A DNA stretch of 63,243 bases, filler included, from Reclinomonas americana ATCC 50394 (taxonomy: Eukaryota): assembly GCA_048213135.1 (NCBI GenBank). It is 12 parts of 12 records of this genome, joined end to end, with 100 filler letters (N's around TTAATTAATTAA, not from the genome) between each part and the next. Parts side by side here need not be neighbours in the genome. Positions count along the whole stretch, not along the records: positions 30,080 to 53,543 come from AFZH01017225.1; 11 more parts are not named here. One strand, given 5' to 3'. Position numbers and translations under genes: made by a program. Within the stretch, counting starts at the first letter, position 1, and every line of letters starts with the position of its first letter. Below are positions 40,001-53,272 of this stretch, piece after piece. The notes beneath the pieces were generated by a model. It worked only from the letters and a program-made list of their open reading frames with translations, did not search any database and had not been told where the DNA came from.

Positions 40001-40710
40001 CACGGAGTCCATGTTTGTGTTTGAGTGCACGAATGAGATTTGCCGACGGCGGTCGGTGAACCATCTGGTGGAGCGCGGTGCCAATGCGCCACTGCTGGTG
40101 GATCGCATGTGTGGCAAGGGCTGGGGCGTAGTGGCGAGGCGAGAGATTGCGCGGTACACGTTTATTGGCGTGTACTCGGGCGAGTTGGTGCCGGCGTGGG
40201 AGTCGGATCGGCGCTCCACCATTGCCGACCGCGACGGAGTGTCGTACGTGTATGACATTGACTTCCCCGACGCTCTCGGCGTGGCGGGCGACAGTGAGCA
40301 GGAGGGATCGCTCATGTTTAGCGTCGATGCGATGAATCTCGGCAATGTGTGCCGCTGGCTCAATCATTCCTGTGACCCCAATGTGGATGTGTATGCTGTT
40401 GCGTGTGTCGCCGCTGCAAGGTTTGTTGTTGAGTTTGTGCGTGATGCTCATCTTTTCGTTGTTCCACGCAGGTGTGCAATGAACGCGGCCAGCACTTGCC
40501 ACACTTGGCGTTCTTTACCAATCGGTTGGTGCTGCCGGGCGAGGAACTGTGCATCGACTACAAATATGAAGGTGGCGTGTGCATTTCGTTTTTTTGTTTC
40601 TGGCTGCCGGTGCCGCTCACCGCGTTTTATATGTTGCAGGCGACTACCTTCGGCGATATAGAACGCGATGCCAGTGCGGACCGCCCGGTTGCCGCAATAT
40701 GTGGATCTGA
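34013..40710 (+). CDS. SET-domain histone methyltransferase (SUV39/G9a-like pre-SET/SET/post-SET) with an upstream BAH domain
   Basis: BAH: YHVGDFIY...HIAKILACW...MFLR...HEVFATDH...ITGRCIV. Pre-SET: DISMGREVVPLPCRNGVD. SET: KGWGV, YSGEL, GNVCRWLNHSCDPN, GEELCIDY. Post-SET: CQCGPPGCR. The N-terminal exons are linked by phase only. Confidence 0.85.
34400..35215. repeat. Degenerate GT-rich ~170-bp repeats filling intron 1 of the SET gene
   Basis: Recurring AAGAGTGTGTGGAAAGTGTGTGAAAGTG, GCAACAGTGAATGGGAGAGG and TGCATTTGCACAA blocks. Confidence 0.8.
36217..36412. repeat. Intronic minisatellite of 11-12 bp CATCGTCTCCC(C/G) units
   Basis: About 16 consecutive units are visible. Confidence 0.95.
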
Positions 40711-40743
40711 ATCCTGTAATATTCCTAAATTGCAACAATTGTT

Positions 40744-43700
40744 TTACTCCTCGTGCTCCTGTCCCTCTTCCTCCTCGTCTTCGTCTTCGACATCTTGATC
40801 CTCATCACCATCATCCTCACCCTCCCCCTCCCCACCATCCTCCATTCTCTCCTCGCCCGGCTGCGCCAGTCCACTGCTGCCGACCTGGTGTGCCTCCCAC
40901 AGTCCCAGTGGCAGCTCCTTCACGTGGTGTTCACGCAGTTTCGCCAGCAGCTGGAAGATGCAGGGGCGCACCCAGTAGCACCGCTCAGTGACGAGCAGCA
41001 GCACATCGGGATACTCCGGATGGCGCACACCGTGCACTGATTGTGTGTTCTTATCAGCATCAGGAAGCACCACTTTCAAGAACAAGCTTCCTGTCCCTCA
41101 CCGTCGTTCACGACCGCGCCCACTTCATCGTGGCCATCGTCGTCGTCGTCGTCGTCGTCGCCATCACGATGATTGACAGCGGGTGAGCCGCACACTTGGC
41201 GTCGAACCAGCAGGAAGGAGCCGACCAGGTCGCGCAGCAGCAATTGCATGCTGGCACCACTCAGCAGCGGCATCTCGGCAATCAGACGCGACTGCGCAAC
41301 GTGGTACGCAAGAGTGAGTCTTCATCATTAGCACGAATGATCACCAAGCCGCGCACTCACTTCGGGGATGCCCGGATTCTCACAGACGCGCACGACGACC
41401 GCTTCGACCAGCTCCGCGAACAGCGTTGTGTTGAACCTGCCAAGTGCCGTGATCCACGGCCGGTAGGCACCAAGAAACTCTGCTCTCCAGTGAACACAAA
41501 GGACGAAAGAGAAGCAACACGGTACGTGCAACACTCACCATGATTGAGCGGCAGATGCTCGGTGTGAGCACGAAACTCGGGAGACGACTGGAACCAACCG
41601 CGTACATCGGCAACGAGCCGCAGCGAACACGCCAGGGCCGTGGGATACAGTCGTAGTTCGGCCGCGCCGGTGACATACACGACAAGTTCGAGTTGCTCCA
41701 AAGTGTTGATGGCACTCTCCACGTCCTCCTCGTGCACGATGACACTGCGACAAAACAACTTGACGTGAGCGCAATCGAACATACTCGTCAGAGATCAACA
41801 CCGTGGCGCACCGCTGCAGGCCGCGGTCGCGTGGTTGCGGTTGCGTCATTCGCGCAGGGGTGCGGCCATCCCGCGAGCTGCGCGCCTCTTTCTCTTCCAG
41901 TGTGTACAATGTCCGCTGTGACGAAAAACACGGTGGGTGGACGCAGCATACACATATCGGCCAAGGCTGCAACACCCACGCACATGAAGCTGCAACAGCG
42001 TGACCCCGGTAAACAACGAGGTGCCGTCCATTTGCGCCTGCACTGGCTCTCCGTACACAATCACAAGCACTCGCAGCGCACGGATCATGTCGAGTTCCAC
42101 ACGCTGTCGTTCGCCAGTCTCCTGGAGCGCCGACAAGCGAACGGAGCGGGAGGCGGCCAGTTGCGCCAGCGCACGTGCAAACTAGAGGGGAGAGAGAGCA
42201 CAAAGCATTTCAGTAACTACGCATCACTCAGCCGATGGTTGACCATTGCAGCGGCACGCACCCCAGCCACTTGAAGGGACTCGACAAAGTACTCTGCACG
42301 TTCACGCAAGAGCGGCGGCAGCACCGCGTAGAAGCGAGCGACGTCGTTTGGCTCAGAAGCAGCGGCCGACGAAAGGGTGCGTGAACGCTTGTGAAATGGC
42401 TATGACACGAAACCGCGACTCAGTCAACGACTCTTGCTTGATTTCTCCTCCACCACGATACTCACCCCAGTACCCCCATCGGTACCAGCATCGTCGTCAT
42501 CGTCGTTGCCGCGCACACGTCGCACTCCGACAAAATCGACTGCGCAAACGGGTTGTCAGCATCCGCACTGCGAGTCGTTCTGCAAACACAACGCTACCTC
42601 CACCGTCTTCGTCGTCGTCGTCGTCGTGACCACTCTCCTCTGCCATGTCGGCGAGCAGCGCATCGGCATACAACTCCTCGTCCACCACCGGTCCAATCCA
42701 TTCCACCTGCAGGTCTGCGCAACAAGGCGAGTCAGCGCGACAGAGCTCCATTCTTCCCGTGCACACTGCCAACGCAACATGTTGGTGCCGGTGGCTGCGA
42801 GACGCGATCTGCGGTGAAGAGAGAGAGAGAGCGTGTCAGCGCCAAAGTAAGGAATGCAAAGAATAACCAAACTGCAAATAACTGCGCGCGTGCTCGTGAT
42901 CAAGGCGCTCAAACGGCAAGTTGAGTGGAATGCGGTGCTCGGATCTGCGTCGAATCAACTCGGCAACCTGCGGGGATGATGAGACAGACACAAACGAGGG
43001 AGGAACGAGCGTGGTAGTATCTGCGCACCTTGCCGCCAGGAGTGTCATCAACAGTGCGGGGCAACACAGGCAGGCTGTGCTGAATCACCGCTTGACTGCC
43101 AAACGAGTGCGCTGGCGGCAAGAGGCGATTCTGCGCATGCAATACCCCGTTGAACATCATAAGGATCGACCGCAAACATAAACAACCCCAATTGCCACGC
43201 AACAAAACCGGGCTCGTCCATGGCACTCGCCTCGGCAACATTCTGCACACCAGAAGAAGCAATCAGAAACAACACACACACATATGCACAAGTGCAGAAA
43301 TCGCACGATACGGCCGGGCCTCTCCACCGACATGACGGCCATGCCGGCGAGTGGATCGAACTGCACAAAGGGATGGAGGAACACACTCGGAGCAGAGCGG
43401 TCCATCACAAAGCCGCCTTCTGCAGGCGAGACTCCGGGATTGCATGAGGCGGGCGTCAACATTAGTTGCTCGAGCAACAGTGCGAGCTGCAAAGACATAT
43501 CATCATCAATACACACGCACTCAAGACTGACAAACGAGGCATTGCGCACTTCCTCGGAGGGGTGATCTGGAGCCACTTGATAATTCAGCTGCTTGATGCT
43601 TTCCTCCTCCTTCCACAGCTGCTTCTCCACGTCCGTCATGATCAACTCACGCTCCACTGCATCACATCGATCGATGAGAGAGAGAGAGAGACAGGAAAAG

Positions 43701-46700
43701 ATGGAGTAGGAGGAGAGCAACAGTGCGCCTCACCAGGTGGCAATGCCGGTTGTCGCCCAGAACGGCTGCACAGGCGATGCAGAGGTTGTCGACTCAGCGC
43801 ACTGGAGAGCGCCACGGAGAATGCCGAGCCATACGAATGCTCCAGTGTGAGTCGCAACAGTCTGTGAGTTGGTCAGTGCACAGACCACAATCGGCAAAGA
43901 ACACCGAGCCAACGCAAAACTCTTTTGACACCGACAAGTCCACGTCGACGACATCGGTCCGTCGCTTGACGACACCCTTCAGTGGAGTCAGCAGCAACCA
44001 CCAGTGCAGAAGTAGCAGCATCTTTTGCACGCACCTCTACTCGCAGTTTCTCGCGCACCTCCATGGCGTCGACAGACGGCGGTGTGGAGTTCAAGAGGAT
44101 CATGGCAATCTGCGGCGCGTACTGCGACTCGTCCGCAAAGTCGATGCCAAGCAGGGAGGCCTTCAGTTGCTCCGCAAACACCAAATCGAAGAAACTCATC
44201 GACACCGACGGCTTGTTGCTGCCGGCGGTGCGGACAATGAACCTCTCAAAGAACTGCGCCGACGTGCGAACGTTACTGAGCGCCGAGAACGGCGCCGTGT
44301 TCTCCTCGTCAACTGCCATGATTACCGCCTCCGCACTGCAAACAGCAGCGACAACAACATGACGTGAGAACGGATGGAGAGGCGAAAAAGGGACGGGTGC
44401 GAGTGACGCACAGTGGCCGCGCCGGTTCGTTCATCACACGCAAACGAATTTGATCCACACCCGCGGCAAACTCGGCGGGCACCTCGGTCGCCACCTCCTC
44501 ATCGCTCTCTCCCTGCTCGCCTCCACATGAGCGATGCGGCATTGACATGCACAAGGGAGCGCGCGCGAGAGATAGAACTCACCGGCACACCAAACTTAGG
44601 GAACGAGCTTGCCAGCTGGCGCAGCTCAGGCAAGTGGTGTCGAATGACGGAGAGCACCCAAGCTCCCGACTGCGAGCAAGCACAATATGAGGGAAGTCGA
44701 CGCGTGTACAGCATTCGGCAGTCATCAACCCACCGGCTGCTTCGATTCTCGCCGGAATCGCCGACTGATCTGCTCCCTTTGCAGCAGACCGCCAAACAGT
44801 GCCGAGTTGACTTGGTCCAGCACCATGACGGGAATCTGGGGCGCGCCATCACGCATCGGCAACATCCAAGCCGGGGTCTTGGCCAGCGCATACAGCTGGT
44901 AAAGCGCGAGGCTCACGTCAGACAATGAGCTGCAGCACGCGCGGCACACGATACCCGACCGGTACGCACCACTCCATACATGCACGCCCACGTGGCGGCC
45001 TGCGACCAGCGATACCGCAGACCTCCGGCGCGCGGAACAGGTACGACTTTCGGCGGCACGACAGGATGGTCATTGCCGGCAGCCAATGGTATGACAGGTG
45101 GCAGTTGAGGCGGCGGCGGAAGCAGTGACGGCGGTGGCAACACTGCGGGACAACCATAAGCATGAGAACGACAGCAATCACAGAAGGGAATGAATAAAAA
45201 AAAACCTGGCGGTCGACCACCAATTGCCTCGAGACGACCAGCCGGTGCACCAGCCTCCATATCGATTCCCTGCATCTCACGAGCCAGCATCTTTTTGCGG
45301 TCCTTCTCCATGGCTCGCTCAGCTCGCGTCTGTGCACTCAGCGCCTGTCGCACAGCCTTTTGTCGTCGCTCCCAGTTCACTGTGATCGGCAACTCGCGAA
45401 TGCTCTTGGTTCTGAGACGACACAGAACGGGGTCACACACACACGATCAGCACGCAGAGCGTCTTCGTACCAACACATACCCGTCCTCGTCACTGCTGAT
45501 GATATCGCGATACCGCAGAAAGTAGAGGACGACAATGCGGGCGGCCAGGATCGGCGTATTGAGAATTGGCAAGCACGCAGCGTAAAAATCGACATCATAC
45601 AGCATATTGTCGCGCCTTCTCTGCTCAGCGAAAAAACAAACACACACATACTCAGTCAATTGTGCAGTCCACAGTTCGCAACAACGACCAGTAACGCACC
45701 TCCAGCTCCTGCCGACGCTTCAAATCAGGCTCCCTCTCGATGCCCTCCTGCAAGGCACCCATCTTGGTTCGGAACACGCGCTCCAGCGCACTCTGCTCCT
45801 CCACTGTCGGCGCACGCATTTCTACACTCACACCAACCAATCAACATCAGCAATCGCTTCAAGCAGCACGCGTCGCATGTCACACACACACACACACACA
45901 CACCTGCCCATGCATCTGGTCCAAAGGTGGTGGAGAATCCAGTGCGTCGATGCTTCACCGCATCGCAACTGGCCATCCATGCGTCGAGCTCAAGATTCAG
46001 TCGCTTCAGAACTACAGAGTCGGCACGAGCCACAGCACTATAGGCATTCCACAATGATTTGACTGCCGAATCGGATACACGGACAGTGAATGGGCAATGT
46101 AATTCAAAAAAACACACACTCCCACGTACCCGAGTCCTCATTGCTCAACACGCGATCCACCATGCTGCCAAATGTAGTCGGCGCAACTACAGCACAAAAC
46201 CATGAGCGATATACACGGCCACACAAACACACTCACTGCTCGGCACTTTACCGACGTGCGTCAACAAACGAACACCCTCCGTCCAGGATCCCTCGGGAGA
46301 CTGTGTGCACGGCGAGCAGTCAGCGCTCCACAAAACCAACTTCCCTCCCTCCTCACCGACGCACCACATACGTCGCCAGCCGCAGCAGCACCATGTGTCG
46401 CACAATCACATCGGCAGCGATAAATAACCGTGTGGTGGATGCCGCTTGTTTGCTGCATCGCACACAATTCAGTGTAGGGTGATTGAGTGGTTGCTAAACA
46501 CCCACCCACGCACCGAATGTGCTGCGGAACACTCTCCCATGGCTCATCTTGCTCCATGCACTCGGCGATCTTCGAACTGTACGCCGTGACTCCAAACACC
46601 CGCGCCACCATTCGAAATGACATGCTGTTGTGCAGGTGACAGACACGTGAGCGGCGAGTACAGAAAATACAACGCCAAATGCTCGCGACAAGACACACCT

Positions 46701-49700
46701 GGCGACAACATCCTTGGCAGATCTCCACACTAGTGCATCTTCGAGCGGAACTGCGGCAAGGTGTGCAGAGTCAGCCTAAAATACGCATCACAGAACGAGA
46801 GAGCAAACTGTTGCGTGCAAACAAACCACCGCCTTCTGCACAGCGTTGCAGCGAACGCGACCACATGTGCTGATGGAGGGCACGCACAGGACCCATGCAC
46901 GAAAAGTCAAAGTTGCCACGCGCCTTGGCGACAATCTGCGAAATCGACATGCGATCTCGTGCAAGTGCCGAGTGCCGACTTTCCTCCACGATCATCTTGG
47001 ACTTGGCCGGCGACTGCCAGAATTGGAAGTAATTGTGTGAGCAAGCATTCACACACAAGGTCCTTTCCCACATCGACACACCAGCATTGGTGGTGGCGCA
47101 GCAGCCGACATTCCCGGTATTGCAGGGGGTGGCACTTCGACAGCCATCTCGTCTAGTGCACTGAGTGAAGCAGATCGCGACATTACCCCGCTGCCATCAC
47201 CAACGTCCATCGGCGCCTCCAGCACAGAACCGACACTGAAAGATAAGGTGTCGACTGCATGTGCGCACACGTGTGAGTCGGCATGGAAGACGCCACCACG
47301 GACGAAAAACCCGTCAAAATGTGACGCAACGCTGAGGAGCCACGGCTCGAGACTTGTCGGCATAATCCTTGAGTTCCTCGGTGGACATGGTGCGCCAAGC
47401 CAGCGGCGGCGTGCGCTTGATCATTGTCGCTACGCGCGCAAGGGCGGCAATGTCGGGATCATCATCGGCAACCTCCGGCAGCACCACCATGGCGACTTTT
47501 TCCGCAGTACCAAAGCGAGAGCGCGGGGCACTGCATGCATTCATGTGAGTCGTGACATAGCGATGACCACCGTACAGCGAGGAGGGCGGCGTCGCAACTC
47601 TGCGTGCAGTCGTCGCACCAAGTTCCTGCTTTCCATCTCACGCACAACATTGTCCACCGTCTTGCGACTAATCACGCTCTCCTTTTCTGTTCGTGTGCGC
47701 GAAATCGCGTTAAGCACTTGCGCGACGGGCCCTCTATTCAAAGAGACGCACCAGTGGCGGCGAGGACCAGCATGCTAAAGGTCAGGACGCGGTACTTGTT
47801 GACGAGGCCCTCAAAGAACTGCATGCGCTCCTTTGAAATGTCGGTGAGGATCCATTGCCGCTGACTGCTTTCGAAATGCTCCGTGCCCTGCGTGTGCACC
47901 GCGCCGGAATGTGGTGAGGCGATCATGAACATATCCGTAGACACAACGAACATGGATGACTCTCACCGACACCTTGGTCGCCACTGCTGTCATCGCTGTG
48001 TCTGCTTCCTTTTTTGGTTCACCGAGGATACGCTGCGCCTGCTCCTTGCTGCAGCGGTGGCATGAGCGCGTGTGGACGCAACGCAGGCAAGCAGAAGGGA
48101 GGGGATGCACCTGATCTTGAAGATCTTCTCGTAGTAATCCTCGCGCAGTCGTTGCGGGAGGCGGATTTTGTGAAAGTTTCGCCCACCGCCCTTCTCGCCG
48201 GGAACCGAGTGGCTCGTGCGCTCCAATCCGTACAGGCTCTCAAAGTCTTCTATGAGATGAGTGACTTGCCGCGCCTCCAAGCCCGTGAGACGACTGATTC
48301 TCTGTAGAGGGGTGAGGCAACAGCACATTGGCCGGCGGTTCATGCAATCTCGATAGTACGCACCTCCACGGTCATGCCGGCATCACCGGCCGCGGTGAGT
48401 AGGCACAGAACTCTGCGATCGTGCGACATGTCCTGACACACGGGCGAATGCGACCAACCATGGCGCAGTGTTGATCGTTGATACTCTTCTGGGACGAACA
48501 ACCACAGTCAGCTTTCTTCTTGTATCGCAATCGTCTTCCTCGACGCCCACTCACCTTGCACTGCCCCCTTCTCCTCACCATCTTCACCCTGCTGCTCTGC
48601 CACCGAACCCAACATTGCCTCGCGACGTTTCGGCATGACAAAATGCGCAAACACCGGCTTCTCCCCCAATCCCAGACACTCTGCCTCTTCAGCAGACGCA
48701 GAAGCCACACCGTCACCCCCACCATTCCGCATCGCCAGCAGCGACGAAAGGGAAGAATTTTCGTCGCGCGAGGCAATGGCCTTTGGCAACAGCTGCACGC
48801 ATCGCACATAGAGCGGGCCACCATCATCTTTCGTGTTTCGCGAGCGGCGGCCACGTCTCCTGCCTTTTTGCTTCCCACCACGCTTCGTGTCCCCTTTCTC
48901 CATCTTCTCCTCATGGAGATCCGACGCTGCACTGCTGCTGTCCTCATCCTCGGAACGCACCACGTACTCGCCGTCACTCGTATCGCTATCGCCACTGTCG
49001 CCATCGGCGCTCTCACTACCGCTCCCACCCATGTCTTGGCGCTTACTCGGTCGTGCACGACGCCGTCTGAGCTGTGGCGATCGACGACGACTACCATCAT
49101 CGCCAGACAGCGGCATCTCACTCGTAGTCGCCGCCGCCGCGGCTACTGCATGCAACTCCTCAGCCACATTCGGCTTTTCCAGCAGTGACGGTGCCTTGAC
49201 GAATTTGATCAAGCCATGGTGTGCCATGCGACGATACATGCGCAGCAGCTGCCGCGGATCCAGTGCCGGTTGCCACTCCATCTGCCAATCGTGTCAGCAT
49301 ATCATTTGGTCTTCTCATCAGAGCGCGCCCCTCCCCGCACGCACCAGGTGCTGCGTGAGCTCGCGCTGCTGAACCACCATGTTCGGCGCCGACTCCAACA
49401 GCGCCACAATGCGTGGCGAGACCTTGTCGAAGCTCACCTGACCATACATGTGTAAGCAGTGCTGCGTAGAGATGAAAACAAACACACACATACCTCCCGC
49501 TCATCAACTTCGCCGTTCGCGCTCGTGGTGTGTGCACCACCTGCCCGCTGACCGTGAGGTCGCCATTCGTACACAAACGTGAGGCGCTTGTTCTGCCGTC
49601 CCGGTGGTCGAAATCTGGCGACAGCAACACCATCAGCCTTCTCACGAGAACGCATCCTCGCTTCCACCAATCGTCACGCAACACCAACTGCGCGTTGACC

Positions 49701-50428
49701 AACAGGGTGGCGTGATACGACAGCGCCTTGGCCTCCATTCTCAGGTACTTGGCCACAGACGCCTGCAGCACACCGCCTGGTCCAGCAGCCGCCACTGCCT
49801 CCAGCAACGCATACGTCACATCTCGACGGACACCATCGGTGAGGCGCGCCGAGCCGAGCACCCGCTGCCGCAACGTCACCTCCGCGCGAACCCACACTTG
49901 CAACTGCGAGAGCGTCGTCGCCACCGCACCCGGCTGCAACTCAGTCAGCGAGCGATGCACCTGCTCCATCTCCGCAGCCGACAGCTCCACCATGCTGACG
50001 CGGGCGTCCACGTAGCCATCGAATTGGAACGCGCGACTCGGCTGCTTGTCGTCGTCGTCGCCACCGTCATCATCATCATCGTCCCCACCATCGCTGTCAC
50101 CGTTGGCTTGACTATGCACCTCAGCGGCCACCGCTGCCGCTGCCACCGCCCCTTGCTCCACCTGCGCGTCACCGGTGACCACACCGCGCAAAGACAAGAA
50201 AGAGGCAAATGGCGCGACGCAACATTGTGCTTCCAAAAGAACGCACATCGCCGCGGCGACGCCGTCAGTGACTCCCACAGAAGCACCACTCGATCGCACC
50301 ACGTGCTGTCCTCCACCGCCACTGCGACGGCCGCCTCACTGCTCGCCGAGAACAGCAGTCGTCGACACAGCGTCCAGAACAAAATGCCTGTGTCACGAAA
50401 GAGAATGGGCATCAATGCGCGCTTATGT

Positions 50429-50472
<44 letters not shown>

Positions 50473-50533
50473 GCGCGCGCACCGGTTTGCCTTGCAGCGC
50501 AGCCACCTCCAGCGCGTCCTCTACGAGCCGCAT
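40744..50533 (-). CDS. GTF3C1: General transcription factor IIIC subunit 1 (B-box binding, Tfc3/Sfc3), many exons
   Basis: N-terminus MRLVEDALEVAALQG; B-block domain YALLEAVAAAGPGGVLQASVAKYLRMEAKALSYHATLLVNAQLV; internal SRKTVDNVVREMESRNLV; C-terminal RPWITALGRFNTTLFAELVEAVVVRVCENPGIPE. The exact last exon is uncertain. Confidence 0.8.
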
Positions 50534-50571
50534 TGTTGATTGAGCGCGTGAAAATTCATCATCATCTTCAC

Positions 50572-53089
50572 ATGCTGTGGCGGCTGGCGAGTCGTCTTCC
50601 GTCCGGCGCCTCGCTTCGGCTTGTGGGCAGCACACGCCTCGCCACCGCCGCCGTGGCCAACTCCACTTGGCAGCTGCAGCGACGCGGCTTTGCGGGGTTC
50701 GACGATGATGATTACGATGAGGAGGATGACATTGAGGTGGACGACGACGATGATGATGACGACTATGAGGAGGGTGGTGGTGGTGGTGAGGAGGAGGAGG
50801 AAGGAGCAGAGGGTGGTGGGAGTGAAGGGCGACGCATTGTGGCGGGCGATGGAGGACTCGATCGCATGTGGAGGGAGATGGGCATGCTGGGCACGAGTGG
50901 TGAGTGTGCATGCGCTTTTGTATGCATGTCACAGAGAGTGGCTTGTGAGCTCTTGTGTGCAGACGCGGATCGAGCGCGGTTTGTGAGGCGCTTTGAGGCG
51001 CATCCGTCGTTGCAGGCGCCGCTGGAGACACCAATGGATTCCGAGGAAGAAGGGCGAGTGGATGTGGGCTTGTTTCTGGAGTGGGAGCGGCGGAGGGCGT
51101 ACTTGAAGGACCCGAGTGTGTCGGAGCTGGAGTCGGGGTGGCCCACTATCTATCCGCCGGAGCCCACGGTGGGTTGAGGGGGAAGGGGTAGAAGGAGAAG
51201 GGAGAAGGAGAGGGAGAAGAGAGAAGGAGTAGAGGGAGAAGGGAGGGAGGGAGAAGGGAGGGAGGGAAAAGGAGGAGGGAGGGAACGAGAAGGGTTAAGG
51301 GCAAGCGAAAGGGATGCAGATGAGCAGCAACGGGCGAGCAAGCTAGACAGGAGGAGAGACAGCTGATGTTGCAGGCATGCGAGAGACTAAGGGTTGCGAG
51401 TATCGTGCCTTGCCGTGCATCGAGGGAGAAGAGTACGCAATAGAGTCTGATATCCATGCTGACACGCAGCGAAGAGATAGATTGAGAAAAACGAGCGCAC
51501 TGTTGAGACAGGTATAGAGCAGCAGCACAGTGAAGGGAGAGAAGCACGCAGACATGCAACGAAAAGAAAGAGGGAGGTGCACAAGCAGGGTTCAAGGTGT
51601 GCGCGCAATGGGCGAAGGCAGGAGGGGATGCTGAAACAGCGAGAGACTCAATCGTGCTCTTTGATTGTGAATGGCAGGGACCTGGTCGCAAGCTCATTCG
51701 CTACTCGAGCGGTCACGATGTGCCGCGAGTGGAGCGTCGTGTGCGTCGCTTTGATCAGGCGGCTGTTGGTGAGCGTGGGTGCATGATTGAGTTTGCTTTC
51801 GAAAAAACCTTGTGCTCACGCAGTTCGTGGCAGACGTCCCTGGTGAGCGACAGCTGACACCGTACGACAAGTTTCACTTTACGGCCACCTTTGGCGCGAT
51901 GAGCAACCGTCTCTACAACATCATTGACATGGTGCGACAACATCCTTCTCTTCTCTTTCACTCTCCTCCTCTCCCGTGCCACTCACTGCCACTCTGTCGG
52001 TCAGGAATTCGGCACCAACCCGGTGGCGGTGCCGGCTGATTTCCGCTTGCCCCCGAACCTCGCGCTCCGTTTCGGGCACGACCGAGCAGGCCTGGAGAAG
52101 GCGGCCGAGGCGGTTCGTCGGCACTACGAGGCGCTGAAGAAGAAGGCGAGCGGGCAGGGGCGGACCAACACGCCGGCGGTGGCGGCGGCCACGACGTCGT
52201 CGCTGTTGGCCGAGTCGTCGCCTCTGCTGTCACTCGATTTTGCCAATGCGCTGTCCATTGTGAGCGAAAACGCAGCACAGCAGCAGCAGCAACAACAACA
52301 GCAACAAGCGGCTTCGGAATCAGCGTCGGCGGCGAGCGCTGGGAAACGAACCAAGCGGAAGAAGGAGGCAGCGGAGGGGCACGTGGTCAAACAGGATGAC
52401 GACCGCCTGTATCCGGCACTGCCGCAGTTCCTCGAACTCTCTCTCACCGATGTCACTCGCGAGTTGCGCCGCCACCTTGCACCGTCTCCCTCCCTCCCTT
52501 TCCCTCCCCTTTTTCACGTTGGCCACTGCTCAACAGAGTGGCGGAACTGATGGGCCCGCGGTACGGTCGCGCCGCACGCCAGTTCATCGACGTGAGTGTG
52601 CCGCGAGCGAGCAACCTCGACCCGTCGTCTCCCGAGGCCTCCACAGCGCTGGCGGAGCGACCACGCCGTGCGCGACGCACACTGGAGCGTGACATGGCCG
52701 AGTTCACCGATCCCATCGACCTCGGCGGCGCAGTGCCCGACTCCGCCGCCGAGGCCACCATGTCGGAGGTGGCGCTCAGCCTGGATCAGTTTGTGCAGTC
52801 GCTCACCGATGAGCATGTGCGTGCGCCGTCGGGTTCCGTAGGCGTATCGATTCACGATGCGGTCGGCGGTCTGTGGAAGACGCTGCCGGAAAATTACTTT
52901 GCGTCGGCCGGTGCCACCGATGAGGAGCACCTGGCCAACACGGTGCTCACCATTTTGGCGGAGCGCATGCTGCAGGAGCCTTCGACGACAGCGGCATCGC
53001 TCACCAGCGACAGCAGTGCGGGGAGTGCAGAGAAGCCGGCGGCGACGAAACGGACACGAAAGAGCAAATCCTCATCGCCATCCACGTAA
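50572..53089 (+). CDS. Hypothetical protein with a probable mitochondrial targeting peptide and an acidic tract
   Basis: MLWRLASRLPSGASLRLVGSTRL...QRRGFA is Arg/Ser/Leu-rich with no acidic residues and an R-x-F cleavage-like motif. GT-AG exons lead to the stop at 53089. Confidence 0.6.
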
Positions 53090-53272
53090 AAAATAGACTG
53101 TTCTTAGTTTGTAATGCCACATTGTTTTTTTTGGAGAAGCACGACGGAAACACGCCGCCCCGTCCGTCGGCTCGCCGCCACCTTACTACACACACACACA
53201 CACCGACGCAAGAAAATCGAAGAGAACAAAGCAAAACATAAACACCATTCGTCGCCACTCCCTCGCATCTCA

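Noticed and set aside
32729..50533. Functional clustering of 5S rRNA with the TFIIIC subunit gene
   Set aside because: They are 8 kb apart with an unrelated gene between, and proximity alone is not evidence.
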